From Candidatus Haiyanarchaeum thermophilum (GTDB lineage: Archaea > Nanobdellota > Nanobdellia > JAPDLS01 > Haiyanarchaeaceae): 64,000 nucleotides of DNA. Each line of letters opens with the position of its first letter. The stretch's first letter is position 1. Both the position numbers and the translations under genes were made by a program. Below the pieces are notes generated by a model, which did not search any database, was not told where the DNA came from, and saw nothing but the letters and a program-made list of their open reading frames with translations. Below, one piece after another: positions 51,037-60,609 of this stretch. Location: assembly GCA_025920425.1 (NCBI GenBank), contig JAPDLS010000001.1:92288-156287 (forward strand), written 5' to 3'.

Positions 51037-52053
51037 GTGACTAGAATAAGCATGTACTTTAAATTAAATGAGCTTGAGAAAGTGGTGAACACAAAAGTAT
51101 ATGACGAAATTCATAAACAGGAGATTGAGAGGACGATCATTTTCAGAGAGAATCCAATTTTCATGAGCAGGGCCAGAATTGAGCCATCCAGAGAAGAGAG
51201 GAAAATAGAGACAGATTTTGCCTATCCTATTAAGGTGAAGGAGGAAGAATGCTTTTTCTGTCATCCCAATGAAAAATGCTCCAAGTTCCGGCATGAAAAT
51301 CTGAGCCCTATTTATTTTCTCAACGAGAGTGTTGTATTCTCTAACCTTTATCCTATAGATGAAATAATGGGGGTAGTGGTTTACGATTATAAGAGACATG
51401 TAGTCTCTCCGCTTGAGCTGAATTCCTCTCACTGGAGGGATGGATTGTTGTTAGTAAAAAAAGTGTTCGAGAGTTCTGGTAAAAAGTATGTATACAATCA
51501 TCTCAACTTTGGACCAAAGTCAGCAGCCTCAATTGAACATTTCCATGGCCAGTTTATCTGTAGTAATTACGAAAGCATACTCACGAGCAGAGTGAGGGAG
51601 AATGCGAGGAAGTTAGAAGTAAGTCCAAGGCTAGCATTAAAATCTTGGATTGAGGCGCTTGATGAAAAGGGATTAATACTAAAGCGAGATGAGAATACTA
51701 GCACTTATCTCTTTGTAGAATGGGCTCCAGTATTTGGTAAGAGTGAGCTGGTAATTACCTCCACTTATCATTCTAACTTAGGGGAGATGGAAGATTTAGA
51801 AATTCAGAAGGTAGCTGAGTTCTTAGAGCTTGGTAGTAAACTTTTTTTTACTCATGTGAGCAATCAATTTACCATAATCAATGTAGCCTCCTTCAAGTCC
51901 GATGAGTTCTGCAATCAGTTTAGGATAGTAGCAAGAGCCCCCTTAGAGCAGGGGATGAAGAGTTGGGAGGGTTTCTTAGAGCTTTCGGGGGAAAGTGTAC
52001 CAAATATACTACCAGAAGCTTTGGCTCAAAAATTGAAGAATGAATTACGTTAA
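51037..52053 (+). CDS. galactose-1-phosphate uridylyltransferase-like nucleotidyltransferase (HIT superfamily)
   Basis: N-terminal CFFCHP zinc-type motif and HFHGQ active-site-like motif. Confidence 0.5.
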   Translation: MTRISMYFKLNELEKVVNTKVYDEIHKQEIERTIIFRENPIFMSRARIEPSREERKIETDFAYPIKVKEEECFFCHPNEKCSKFRHENLSPIYFLNESVVFSNLYPIDEIMGVVVYDYKRHVVSPLELNSSHWRDGLLLVKKVFESSGKKYVYNHLNFGPKSAASIEHFHGQFICSNYESILTSRVRENARKLEVSPRLALKSWIEALDEKGLILKRDENTSTYLFVEWAPVFGKSELVITSTYHSNLGEMEDLEIQKVAEFLELGSKLFFTHVSNQFTIINVASFKSDEFCNQFRIVARAPLEQGMKSWEGFLELSGESVPNILPEALAQKLKNELR

Positions 52054-52367
52054 GGCTTTTCTATAAGTTCCTTCACGATTTTAGCTAGTTCTTCATAACT
52101 TTTGTAGCCGACCACTCTTGCTACCTCTCTGCCATCCTTAAAGAAAATAATCGTGGGAACGCCGAGGATCTCATATTTTTCAGCCACTTCTGGAGATTCT
52201 GCAATGTTACATGTAGCAAATTTAACCATTTTGAATTGCTTGGAAACCATCTCAAAGTTTGGGGCAAGCATTCTGCAGAAAATACAGTTTGGGGACCAGA
52301 AATCTATTGCTATCAATCCTTTTTGTTTGAGTACTTCATCCAGTTCAGAGGAATTTAACTCGAGCAT
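52050..52367 (-). CDS. trx: thioredoxin
   Basis: CIFC active-site pair in WSPNCIFCRM and a thioredoxin-fold length of about 105 aa from the internal Met. Confidence 0.7.
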   Translation of the reverse strand: MLELNSSELDEVLKQKGLIAIDFWSPNCIFCRMLAPNFEMVSKQFKMVKFATCNIAESPEVAEKYEILGVPTIIFFKDGREVARVVGYKSYEELAKIVKELIEKP

Positions 52368-52410
52368 GAATCGAAGAAATAATTTAAATTTAATAAAGTT
52401 AACTAAAACT

Positions 52411-52869
52411 ATGGAGGGGCTCAGAATAGAGAAATTCAATCCAGAGGAACTAGATGAAGTATTAGAAGTGGAGAGGGATTGCTTCCCAAAAAAACCATAT
52501 GATGCTGCTACCTTTCTTATCTACTCCTCACTTGAGCCGGATGGCTTCTTTGTGGCCAAGCTTTTCGATGAGATAGTTGGGTATATAATAGCCTCCTCAA
52601 AAGCTAGTGAGATAGTTTCAATAGCTGTTAAACAAAAATATAGGAAGATGGGAATTGGGAGGGCTCTTGTGAAGAGGGCAGTTGATTACTTGATAGCGAT
52701 GAACTGTAGGGAAATAAAGCTTCATGTAAGAGAGAGTAATGTTGGAGCCATAGCTTTCTATGAGAAGTGCGGATTTAGGAAAGTGGAAAAGGTGAGATGT
52801 TATTATGGAGATGAAGATGGGTACCTCATGAAATTAGAAAAATTTTTTAAGGAGGATAGAGAAACATAA
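52411..52869 (+). CDS. GNAT-family N-acetyltransferase (RimI-like)
   Basis: Acetyl-CoA binding motif QKYRKMGIGRALV; start taken at the internal Met to avoid overlap with thioredoxin. Confidence 0.7.
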   Translation: MEGLRIEKFNPEELDEVLEVERDCFPKKPYDAATFLIYSSLEPDGFFVAKLFDEIVGYIIASSKASEIVSIAVKQKYRKMGIGRALVKRAVDYLIAMNCREIKLHVRESNVGAIAFYEKCGFRKVEKVRCYYGDEDGYLMKLEKFFKEDRET

Positions 52870-52873
52870 ACAC

Positions 52874-53182
52874 ATGTTTTGCGAAAAATGTGGGTCAGTA
52901 CTTGTAGTGAAGGAAAAAGACGGGAAGAAGTTTTTCTATTGTAAAAGCTGTGGAAGTACTTTTGATATCACCTCAGAGCTTAAGATCAGAAGCAAATTTG
53001 GGGAGGAGGAAAGAATGATAGAATTCACTGAAAGTCTGGGGGAAAAGACCACAGCCATCTGTCCGAAGTGTGGAAATAATGAAGCCTTTTTTTGGGTACA
53101 GCAGACGAGAGCTGTAGATGAGCCACCTACCCGTTTCTATCGTTGCACCAAATGCAACTATACTTGGCGAGAATATGCTTGA
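52874..53182 (+). CDS. tfs: transcription factor S (TFIIS-like zinc ribbon)
   Basis: N-terminal CxxC...CxxC ribbon and C-terminal QQTRAVDEPPTRFYRCTKCNYTW motif. Confidence 0.8.
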   Translation: MFCEKCGSVLVVKEKDGKKFFYCKSCGSTFDITSELKIRSKFGEEERMIEFTESLGEKTTAICPKCGNNEAFFWVQQTRAVDEPPTRFYRCTKCNYTWREYA

Positions 53183-53522
53183 AAAGCTGAAGAGGGCTTT
53201 CATAGAGAAGGAAATAGGAGAAATAGATCCAGATAGAGATAACTTAGTAAGCTTCTTTGGTACTGTAGTCAACATAGATGAAACCAGTTCATCGATAATC
53301 GTAGATGATTCAAAAGCAAGGGCCACTGTAGTGATAAAAGATGAAAACACTTTGAAAGAGTTAAAGGTTGGAGAACTAGTAAGGGTGATGGGAGCAGTAA
53401 TAAAGCATGAGGAGGGATTTGAGGTGATAGCTGAGTTAGTTCAGCATATGGATGGTATGAACAGGAAGCTTCTCCAAGAATATCTGGAATTGAGAAAAAG
53501 ATTTAAAATTTCTATGTGTTGA
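53175..53522 (+). CDS. hypothetical protein, possible OB-fold
   Basis: About 115 aa, beta-rich; located between tfs and the PCNA gene; no motif support. Confidence 0.3.
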   Translation: MLEKLKRAFIEKEIGEIDPDRDNLVSFFGTVVNIDETSSSIIVDDSKARATVVIKDENTLKELKVGELVRVMGAVIKHEEGFEVIAELVQHMDGMNRKLLQEYLELRKRFKISMC

Positions 53523-53528
53523 GGAGAT

Positions 53529-53732
53529 ATGAAATTTAAACTAACAGTTATAGGTTTAATCCTTACCTTATTTGCAGCCTTTCTCCTATTACCTGCACAA
53601 TTTTTGGGAAGCTTAGCAGAGTATAGGGCTTACTTTCAAACTGTTGCTGAAGCTAAGATTTATAATGTAGAGCTCCCACTGATAATTTTATTAATAGGTT
53701 TGATCATATTATTTTGGGGATTGAAAAGGTAG
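53529..53732 (+). CDS. small hypothetical membrane protein
   Basis: 67 aa with two hydrophobic helices. Confidence 0.25.
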   Translation: MKFKLTVIGLILTLFAAFLLLPAQFLGSLAEYRAYFQTVAEAKIYNVELPLIILLIGLIILFWGLKR

Positions 53733-53735
53733 GGG

Positions 53736-54497
53736 GTGAATGCGTTGTTTAGACTTGTAACCAATGAAGTGGGAATAATCCGGGATAGCTTCGATACAAT
53801 TTCCAGCTTAGTTTCGGAGGGCACATTCCACATTTCGAAGGATGGGGTAAAGCTAGTGGCTATAGATCCATCGAATGTAGCGATGGTTATCTTCAACCTC
53901 TTTTCAATAGCCTTCTCCGAGTATGAGGTAAAGGAGGAAACTCCAATCACAGTAAACATAGAACAGCTAGTAAAAGTACTGAAGAGAGCTAAAGCCAGCG
54001 ACCAGATCGTATTTCAGCTAGATGAGAGCAAATCAAGGCTCATGATTCAAATGCTCGGCACAGTGAAACGATATTTCAGCATACCTCTGATAGGAACTGT
54101 GGAAAGTGAGACGAAGGTACCTGAATTTGATAGAAAATTTACCACCAAGATCGAACTAGATGCAGAGATTCTGGAGGATAGTATTAAAGATGCTGAGATG
54201 ATAAGTGACTCTCTTACTTTTGAGGCTACAAAAGATAAATTTGTGCTTTATGCTTCTGGGGATAGCAGTGAAGTGAGAACCGAACTTACTAGAGATTCTC
54301 CAAGTCTGATTTCACTAGATGTATCAGAAAGCAGCAGAGCCAAATATTCAATCGAATATCTCTCCAAAGCAATCAAAGCAGCAAAAATAGCAGATACGCT
54401 GATCATTCAATTTAAGACTGATTTCCCGATAAGGTTAGACTTTAAGGCGGTGGATAAACTGCAGATAAGCTTCATCATAGCTCCAAGGGTAGATTGA
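53736..54497 (+). CDS. pcn: DNA polymerase sliding clamp (PCNA)
   Basis: PCNA-like N-terminus (FRLVTNEVGIIRD) and C-terminal IAPRVD; GTG start preceded by a G-rich ribosome-binding-like sequence. Confidence 0.85.
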   Translation: MNALFRLVTNEVGIIRDSFDTISSLVSEGTFHISKDGVKLVAIDPSNVAMVIFNLFSIAFSEYEVKEETPITVNIEQLVKVLKRAKASDQIVFQLDESKSRLMIQMLGTVKRYFSIPLIGTVESETKVPEFDRKFTTKIELDAEILEDSIKDAEMISDSLTFEATKDKFVLYASGDSSEVRTELTRDSPSLISLDVSESSRAKYSIEYLSKAIKAAKIADTLIIQFKTDFPIRLDFKAVDKLQISFIIAPRVD

Positions 54498-54502
54498 AGA
54501 TC

Positions 54503-55051
54503 TTACCAGTAAACTTTGCCGGTGGCTGAATCCACTACTGCAAATGCATCCACACCAGCCTCCCAGTTGCAGAGAAGATAGAGTGCGTAGTAATCATCGA
54601 CGATAGGAGGTACTGGTTCATCCAATGGAAAATCATAATGTTGGGGTACTCTGATTGCATTATCTATTATGCTAGCCACCTCCTGATTACATTCATCAAA
54701 GAGAGGGATATTTTCTCCAAACTTATAGTAAGCATTTCCTCTCTTACATGCTATTGATAATGTGTAGTTTCCCTTTTTTATGTGGATGGTAAGAATTATG
54801 GAGTCTGAAGTAAATGGAGAAGTACAGTTAGATTCATTCCACAGACGCTTCATCCTTTCCGAGTAGAGGAAAAATTTCTCAGCATCTTCGAAGCTTCGCA
54901 CCCTTAGTAGTGGTGGTTCTTGAATATGATCAGTAGGCTTAGAAACTTTACCTTCAACCCCATATCTAAGCAATAAAGCTACCGAGGAGAGAAAGAAGGT
55001 AATGATTAGAATAAGCGCTATATTCATGCAGACCTCATATGTTTTCATCAT
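54503..55051 (-). CDS. hypothetical membrane-anchored, Cys-containing protein
   Basis: N-terminal signal anchor followed by a 150-aa soluble domain; no motif support. Confidence 0.3.
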   Translation of the reverse strand: MMKTYEVCMNIALILIITFFLSSVALLLRYGVEGKVSKPTDHIQEPPLLRVRSFEDAEKFFLYSERMKRLWNESNCTSPFTSDSIILTIHIKKGNYTLSIACKRGNAYYKFGENIPLFDECNQEVASIIDNAIRVPQHYDFPLDEPVPPIVDDYYALYLLCNWEAGVDAFAVVDSATGKVYW

Positions 55052-55079
55052 AGCTGCTAGGATTTAGGAGTATAAAAAA

Positions 55080-55730
55080 TTATCTTCCAAGCACTAGGGT
55101 GAGCACATTATTTTTAAACTCTTTCGTGAGAATTTGAAAATCCTTTGGAATCGGTAGGAGCTTAAAATAAGCCTTATCCTTAGCTATAGCCTTGATCTCA
55201 ATAGACTGCTCCAGCTTACGGATCTCAATGTTCTTCTCATCTTTCACATCCGGCAATGTAATTTCTATCCTCATGTAATCCTTTCCCTTTTCCACCTTAG
55301 TTTCAGGCTCCTCGGTCACAGGAGGCATCTTCAACTCCATCTTCTCCTCTTCCTCACTAATTTCTCTTACTCCTTCACTTACTCCAAGTCGAGCCTTGAT
55401 TTCAGGCTCATACTTCTTGAAATCTCCTGTGGTCTTTACCCAGATTTTTGGCTTACCCTTCCCTGTGCTCTCTATTCTGATACTAATTCCTCCCCCACTC
55501 ACATAGGGAAGACCCATCTCTAACTGCTTGAACTCCTTATCCAACCTACTAAATTCCTTCTCAATTTCTTTCTCGATTTCCTCGAAGAAGCTAAAACCAA
55601 ATGTCCCTAGCTCCCCCCACTTTGTCTTTAACCCTATTTTTTCTCCGATCGTGGCTCCACAGTAGGGGCAATAGCTCCACTCATCCTTTATAACTTTACC
55701 GCAGCTCTCACACCTCTTTCTCTTCAGCAT
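55080..55730 (-). CDS. zinc-ribbon protein with C-terminal Hsp20/alpha-crystallin-like domain
   Basis: N-terminal CESCG...CPYCG ribbon and C-terminal sHsp-like signature (ITLPDV...NNVLTLVL). Confidence 0.4.
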   Translation of the reverse strand: MLKRKRCESCGKVIKDEWSYCPYCGATIGEKIGLKTKWGELGTFGFSFFEEIEKEIEKEFSRLDKEFKQLEMGLPYVSGGGISIRIESTGKGKPKIWVKTTGDFKKYEPEIKARLGVSEGVREISEEEEKMELKMPPVTEEPETKVEKGKDYMRIEITLPDVKDEKNIEIRKLEQSIEIKAIAKDKAYFKLLPIPKDFQILTKEFKNNVLTLVLGR

Positions 55731-55817
55731 TTTAATTCACAGTAATTTCGTTTATTTTAACTTTTCTATCCATTCCTCCCACAGCTTTTTAATATATAGA
55801 CAAGTTTTAAGAATAGG

Positions 55818-58343
55818 ATGAAAGTGGAGTTGGCTTGGAAGAAAAGTGTAGAGGAAGTGATAAAAGAACTGAATTCTTCTCCTAAAGGTCTAAGTAAGGA
55901 AGAAGCAAAGAGGAGATTTAGAGAATTTGGAGAAAATGATGTTCCAAGGAGAAAGGAGAGGGGAAAGCTCTCTTTGCTTCTCTCCCAATTTAGGAATCCT
56001 CTTGTGATGGTACTCATTTGCGTAGCTATTCTCTCATTCCTTACTGGAGGGGAACTTGAAGCTATCACAGTAATAGGAATAGTACTCATCAATGCATTGG
56101 TAGGATTTGTTCAAGAGCATAAGTCAGAGGAAGCTTTAAGCAAACTCTGTAGATATATCACTTACACTGCAAAGGTAATCAGAGACGATGAAATAATAGA
56201 GATAGATAGTAGGGAAATAGTCCCCGGAGATATAGTAGTTATAGAGAGTGGAGATAGGGTTCCAGCAGATCTGCGTCTTATTGAGGTAAATGAATTGGAG
56301 ATGGATGAATCCATAATTACTGGAGAAGCATTTCCAGTGGAGAAGAACGTAGCTCCTATTCAAACTGAGAAGCTGGAAGCCAAGGAAATGAAAAATATGG
56401 CATTTATGGGAACGATAGTGGCGAGTGGAAGTGGGAAGGGAATAGTTGTGGCCACAGGAATGGATACAATGTTTGGAGAGATCGTTGGGTATTTGAAGGC
56501 TGAAGAGCCAAAGACTAGTTACGAGGAGAATATTAAGAACTTCAGCAATTTCTTAGTAAAGCTCATCTTAATAGGAACAATTTTCATCTTCTTAGTAAAC
56601 TTTATCATTCTCAGAGAGTTAGTTGAGGTACTTCTTTTCTCAATAGCTCTCGCAGTGGCTGTTACTCCGGAGGCATTGCCGGTAATAATCACTATCTGTT
56701 TATCTCAGGGGGCAGTAAGGATGAGTAGACTTGGCATCTTCGTGAAAAGACTCTCCGCAATAGAAGATCTGGGTGATATGGATGTAATATGTTTTGATAA
56801 GACTGGAACCATCACTGAAAATCTAATTCAGCTTGTCGATTTCTTTGATCTAAACGAGAGGAGGAACTTGGAAGTGCTCGAATTGGCAAGAGCCTGTATT
56901 TCGGTGAGAAAGACTGGAAAGAGGTTAAGCGGAAATCCGTTGGATCTGGCTATTTACAATTATAGTGAAGTAAAGGTGATGAGAGAATTTGAAGTAATTG
57001 AACAAATTCCTTTCGATTTTGAGAGGAAGAGGATGAGTTCTGTGATCAAGGAGAAGGGGAAACTATGGTTGGTAACTAAAGGTGAGCCTAGGAGCGTCAT
57101 TTCAGCATGCACTTATATGTTGTGGGAAGGAAAGATAGAAAAAATAGATAGAGAGAGGGCAATTTCCCTCTTCGAGAAGAAATCAGCCGAGGGATATAGG
57201 GTACTTGCTCTAGCCTTCAAAAGTATTCCATATAAGCAAAATTATGAGAAGAGCGATGAGCATGACTTAATCCTCTTGGGTTTTCTCTGTTTTACAGATA
57301 AGCTCAAGAAGGATGTGGGGGAATTTGTGAAAAGACTAGAGAAGCTTGGGGTGAAGATAAAGATCCTTACTGGAGATAATGAGATTGTAAGTCAGAAAGT
57401 GGCTAGAGATGCTGGAATTGAGGTGAGGGGAGTAATTACTGGAGCTCAAATCGATGCGATGAGTGAGGATGAACTTATAGAGGCAGTGGAGAGGGCCAAT
57501 CTATTCACTGGTCTAAGTCCAAAACAGAAAGTTAGGATAGTAGAAGCTCTAAAGAAGAGGGGTCACACAGTTGGTTTCCTCGGAGATGGGGTGAACGATG
57601 CTCCAGTACTCAGGTTCAGTGATGTAGGAATCTCCGTGAGCAGCGGAGTTGATGTGGCTAAGGAGGCTTCGGATATAGTGTTGAATAGGAAAAGCCTTAA
57701 GGACATATTAAATGGAATCATTGAGGGAAGGAAGACATTTGCAAACACCACAAAATATATCCTCAACACAGTTTCGGCAAATATAGGAAATACGATAACT
57801 TTAGCCCTCGTCTCCCCTTTCCTAGGATTCCTAGCGATGCTTCCAGCCCAGATTCTATTAACAAATTTATTGAGTGACTGTCCCCTCCTTGCCATTTCCA
57901 TTGATAATGTAGATGAGGATGAACTTAGGGCTCCAAAAAAATGGAACTTAGCATTTATAAGCAAGTTCGTCCTCCTCTTTGGAGCAGTGAGCTCTGTTTT
58001 TGATTTAGTTCTGATCCTCTCATTCAATTTTTTCCTAAAGGTAAGTGAGAGTTTATTGAGGACAATTTGGTTTGTATATTCAACACTCTCCGAAATTGCA
58101 GTAACATTCGTCATAAGGACGAGAAAGCCATTCTTCAAGAGTAGACCAAGTAAGATATTACTCCTCACTTCGACGATTTTTTCCATAATTACCTTATTGG
58201 TAATTTTTCCACCAATGGCAAACTGGTTTGAGTTTTCTACTTTAAACTCACAACATATTTCCCTACTTTTCTTGGTAATCTTCCTATACTTCATTACGGA
58301 GGAAGTAGCTAAGCTTCTTTTTTTCGCCAGATCTCAAGCTTGA
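55818..58343 (+). CDS. P-type cation-transporting ATPase (P2/P3-like)
   Basis: Phosphorylation motif DKTGTIT, hinge GDGVNDAP, TM4 PEALP, about 10 TM segments. Confidence 0.85.
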   Translation: MKVELAWKKSVEEVIKELNSSPKGLSKEEAKRRFREFGENDVPRRKERGKLSLLLSQFRNPLVMVLICVAILSFLTGGELEAITVIGIVLINALVGFVQEHKSEEALSKLCRYITYTAKVIRDDEIIEIDSREIVPGDIVVIESGDRVPADLRLIEVNELEMDESIITGEAFPVEKNVAPIQTEKLEAKEMKNMAFMGTIVASGSGKGIVVATGMDTMFGEIVGYLKAEEPKTSYEENIKNFSNFLVKLILIGTIFIFLVNFIILRELVEVLLFSIALAVAVTPEALPVIITICLSQGAVRMSRLGIFVKRLSAIEDLGDMDVICFDKTGTITENLIQLVDFFDLNERRNLEVLELARACISVRKTGKRLSGNPLDLAIYNYSEVKVMREFEVIEQIPFDFERKRMSSVIKEKGKLWLVTKGEPRSVISACTYMLWEGKIEKIDRERAISLFEKKSAEGYRVLALAFKSIPYKQNYEKSDEHDLILLGFLCFTDKLKKDVGEFVKRLEKLGVKIKILTGDNEIVSQKVARDAGIEVRGVITGAQIDAMSEDELIEAVERANLFTGLSPKQKVRIVEALKKRGHTVGFLGDGVNDAPVLRFSDVGISVSSGVDVAKEASDIVLNRKSLKDILNGIIEGRKTFANTTKYILNTVSANIGNTITLALVSPFLGFLAMLPAQILLTNLLSDCPLLAISIDNVDEDELRAPKKWNLAFISKFVLLFGAVSSVFDLVLILSFNFFLKVSESLLRTIWFVYSTLSEIAVTFVIRTRKPFFKSRPSKILLLTSTIFSIITLLVIFPPMANWFEFSTLNSQHISLLFLVIFLYFITEEVAKLLFFARSQA

Positions 58344-58354
58344 GAACCTTTGGA

Positions 58355-58453
58355 TGGGCCCGGTGGGATTTGAACCCACGACCTACGGTTCTCTTAGATG
58401 TGCGGAACTCGGTCTTATAAGACCGTCGCTCCACCAGGCTAAGCTACGGGCCC
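58355..58453 (-). tRNA. tRNA-Ile with predicted anticodon UAU and a 25-nt intron at position 37/38
   Basis: Acceptor GGGCCCG/CGGGCCC, discriminator A, anticodon stem ACGGT/ACCGT, 5-nt variable loop; intron has a perfect CUUA/UAAG central helix with 3-nt bulges, leaving loop CUUAUAA. Confidence 0.7.
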
Positions 58454-58487
58454 TTATTTCTCTATGGAGGAGTTGAAATTTTAAAGT

Positions 58488-59465
58488 TTACTCAAGTCTA
58501 CATTCATAGATCGTCTTATCCTCCCTAATCCTCAAAAATACTGGAGCCCTCAATTTCTTGTCCTTTGTAATTTCCATGCATTTCACCTCACATATATATC
58601 TTGGCTCAACGAAGACCATCTTTTCAGCCATGTTTGGTTCCTCTTCGAAGATCTCAAATGGGTTTTTATCGATTGTAATTGGTTCGAGCATTTCTTTGAG
58701 CTTAGCTAGATCACTCTCACTAAAACCGGTTCCTACTCTCCCAACATATCTCAGCTTTCCCTCATCCAAACATCCGAGCACTAGGGCTCCTAAGTATTTC
58801 TCCCGAATCCCTTCTCCTCTCGTAAAGCCACAGATCACACAGTCCACAGTCTTCGTAGCCTTTATCTTAAGCCAGTACTTAGATCTCTCTCCAATCAGAT
58901 AGGGACTGTCTATCTTCTTAGCCATTATTCCCTCGAAACCTTTCTTTGCCACTTCTTCAAAAAATTTGATCCCACCTCCTATTATGAATCTCGTAAGCTT
59001 CACCCTTTCTCCTTCAGTTACACATTCTCCTAAAATTCTCTTCCTCTCGATAAGTGGGAACTCAAGGAGAGATTTTCCATCTTTATAGAGAATATCAAAT
59101 ATGAAGAGGGTAGCCGGGCTCAATTTGGAGAGAAGTTCTATCCTTAGCTCATCACTTGTGTGTTCCCTCTCCTGCAATTTCCAAAAGTTTGGCTTCTCCC
59201 CATCCAGCACTACGATTTCTCCATCTAGAATTCCTTTATTTCCTAGGAAGGCATTAGGAAGCTCTTTTAATATTTCTGGATATCTCTTCTCAAAGAAGAG
59301 GCCTCTCCTATTGAGGAACTTAACTCTTTCCTTCTCTTTATCTATGTATACGATGGTTCTAGTTCCATCGTATTTTATTTCAAATAAATACTGCTCAGAA
59401 TCAAAAGGCCTAGCTGAAAATGCTAGCATTGGCTTTATCTTCTGATCGAAAAGATCTCCTTCCAT
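58488..59465 (-). CDS. ATP-dependent DNA ligase, small LigD/LigC-like ligase domain
   Basis: Motif I KxDGxR (EIKYDGTR) in a protein of only 325 aa; immediately downstream of the Ku gene. Confidence 0.75.
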   Translation of the reverse strand: MEGDLFDQKIKPMLAFSARPFDSEQYLFEIKYDGTRTIVYIDKEKERVKFLNRRGLFFEKRYPEILKELPNAFLGNKGILDGEIVVLDGEKPNFWKLQEREHTSDELRIELLSKLSPATLFIFDILYKDGKSLLEFPLIERKRILGECVTEGERVKLTRFIIGGGIKFFEEVAKKGFEGIMAKKIDSPYLIGERSKYWLKIKATKTVDCVICGFTRGEGIREKYLGALVLGCLDEGKLRYVGRVGTGFSESDLAKLKEMLEPITIDKNPFEIFEEEPNMAEKMVFVEPRYICEVKCMEITKDKKLRAPVFLRIREDKTIYECRLE

Positions 59466-60260
59466 TTAGCTGATCTGAGATACTTTCTTTTTCTTCTTTT
59501 CCAACAACTCCAAACTGCTTTTGAGAGCATCTACCAATGATTCAGTTACGATCTCTTCCTTCTCCTCCTTGGAAATAAATTCTCTCCCTTCCACCTTAGC
59601 TTTGATAAGTTCCTTGACCTTTTCACTAAATTCATCTTTAAACTTAGTGATATCGAATTCACTACTCAACTTCTGAATGAGCATTTGAGCTAACTTCAGT
59701 TCTTCCTCGCTTACCACTACCAACTGCTTCATTTCAGGAATCTCCTCCAGAGGCTTTACTTCAGAAAGATAATGAAGAATGTGCATAAGCAAACCATCCT
59801 TGTATGGCCTCAAGGCTACGAGATATTCCTTATTTCGCATGACTACCTTACCTATTGCCACTTTATTCGTAAGTCTTAGGGCCTGTACGAATAAGCTAAA
59901 TGCTTTGGCTCCTAGTTCCTGGGGCACCAAATAGTAGCTCTTCTCAAAGTAGATGGGATCTATTTGGGCTGGATCCACAAATTGTTTGATTTCTATTGTC
60001 TTTGTGGTCTTCAATTTAATCTTTTCAAGATCACTTCTTTCCACTACTACATACTGATCTTTGCTTATCTTGTACCCTTTCTTTATTTCATCCCACGAGA
60101 TCTCCCTATTGCAAACCGGGCACCAGCGTTTATGCTCTATAGGATGACCCTCCCTACAGAGATTCTTAAATTTTATGCCTGTACTCTCAGTAGCTACATA
60201 TACTTTAACCGGAATGTTGATCAGGGAGAAGGAAATACTCCCAGCCCAAATAGCTTTCAT
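59466..60260 (-). CDS. ku: Ku protein, bacterial-type (non-homologous end joining)
   Basis: Bacterial-Ku N-terminal signature MKAIWAGSISFSLINIPVKVYVA and core DPIYFEKSYYLVP. Confidence 0.8.
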   Translation of the reverse strand: MKAIWAGSISFSLINIPVKVYVATESTGIKFKNLCREGHPIEHKRWCPVCNREISWDEIKKGYKISKDQYVVVERSDLEKIKLKTTKTIEIKQFVDPAQIDPIYFEKSYYLVPQELGAKAFSLFVQALRLTNKVAIGKVVMRNKEYLVALRPYKDGLLMHILHYLSEVKPLEEIPEMKQLVVVSEEELKLAQMLIQKLSSEFDITKFKDEFSEKVKELIKAKVEGREFISKEEKEEIVTESLVDALKSSLELLEKKKKKVSQIS

Positions 60261-60283
60261 AAATGGATAGGTAAGTCCTTAGA

Positions 60284-60586
60284 TTAAAAACTTTTTGAAC
60301 CTTCAAGTGTAAGCATTTTATTCCCATTTTCCCTCTCATCTCTCCCAAAAAACTCTATGGATCTTCTAAAGATGCATTTCTTGTCGTTGCAATCCAAAGC
60401 CCTACTGCAATTGTAGTAATACTTCACATCTATCACTTTTCCCTCCTCCCTTTCGAACTTTTGCCTCGATAGATAAAGCATAGTTTCTCCACCATAAGAT
60501 GGACAGTAAAGCTTAGCCACGAGATTTGGGAGATGAAAATGGATCTCCTGCCCAAGAATTTCCTCTAACCCCTCGACAACCTCCAT
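60284..60586 (-). CDS. hypothetical Cys/His-containing protein upstream of ku
   Basis: 100 aa, co-directional with ku and separated by 24 nt; no motif support. Confidence 0.3.
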   Translation of the reverse strand: MEVVEGLEEILGQEIHFHLPNLVAKLYCPSYGGETMLYLSRQKFEREEGKVIDVKYYYNCSRALDCNDKKCIFRRSIEFFGRDERENGNKMLTLEGSKSF

Positions 60587-60609
60587 AAAAATAAAGAATA
60601 ACTCTACTT

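Noticed and set aside
52153-52410. Long N-terminal extension of the GNAT acetyltransferase ORF
   Set aside because: It overlaps the thioredoxin gene on the opposite strand and is low-complexity; the acetyltransferase fold begins at the internal Met at 52411.
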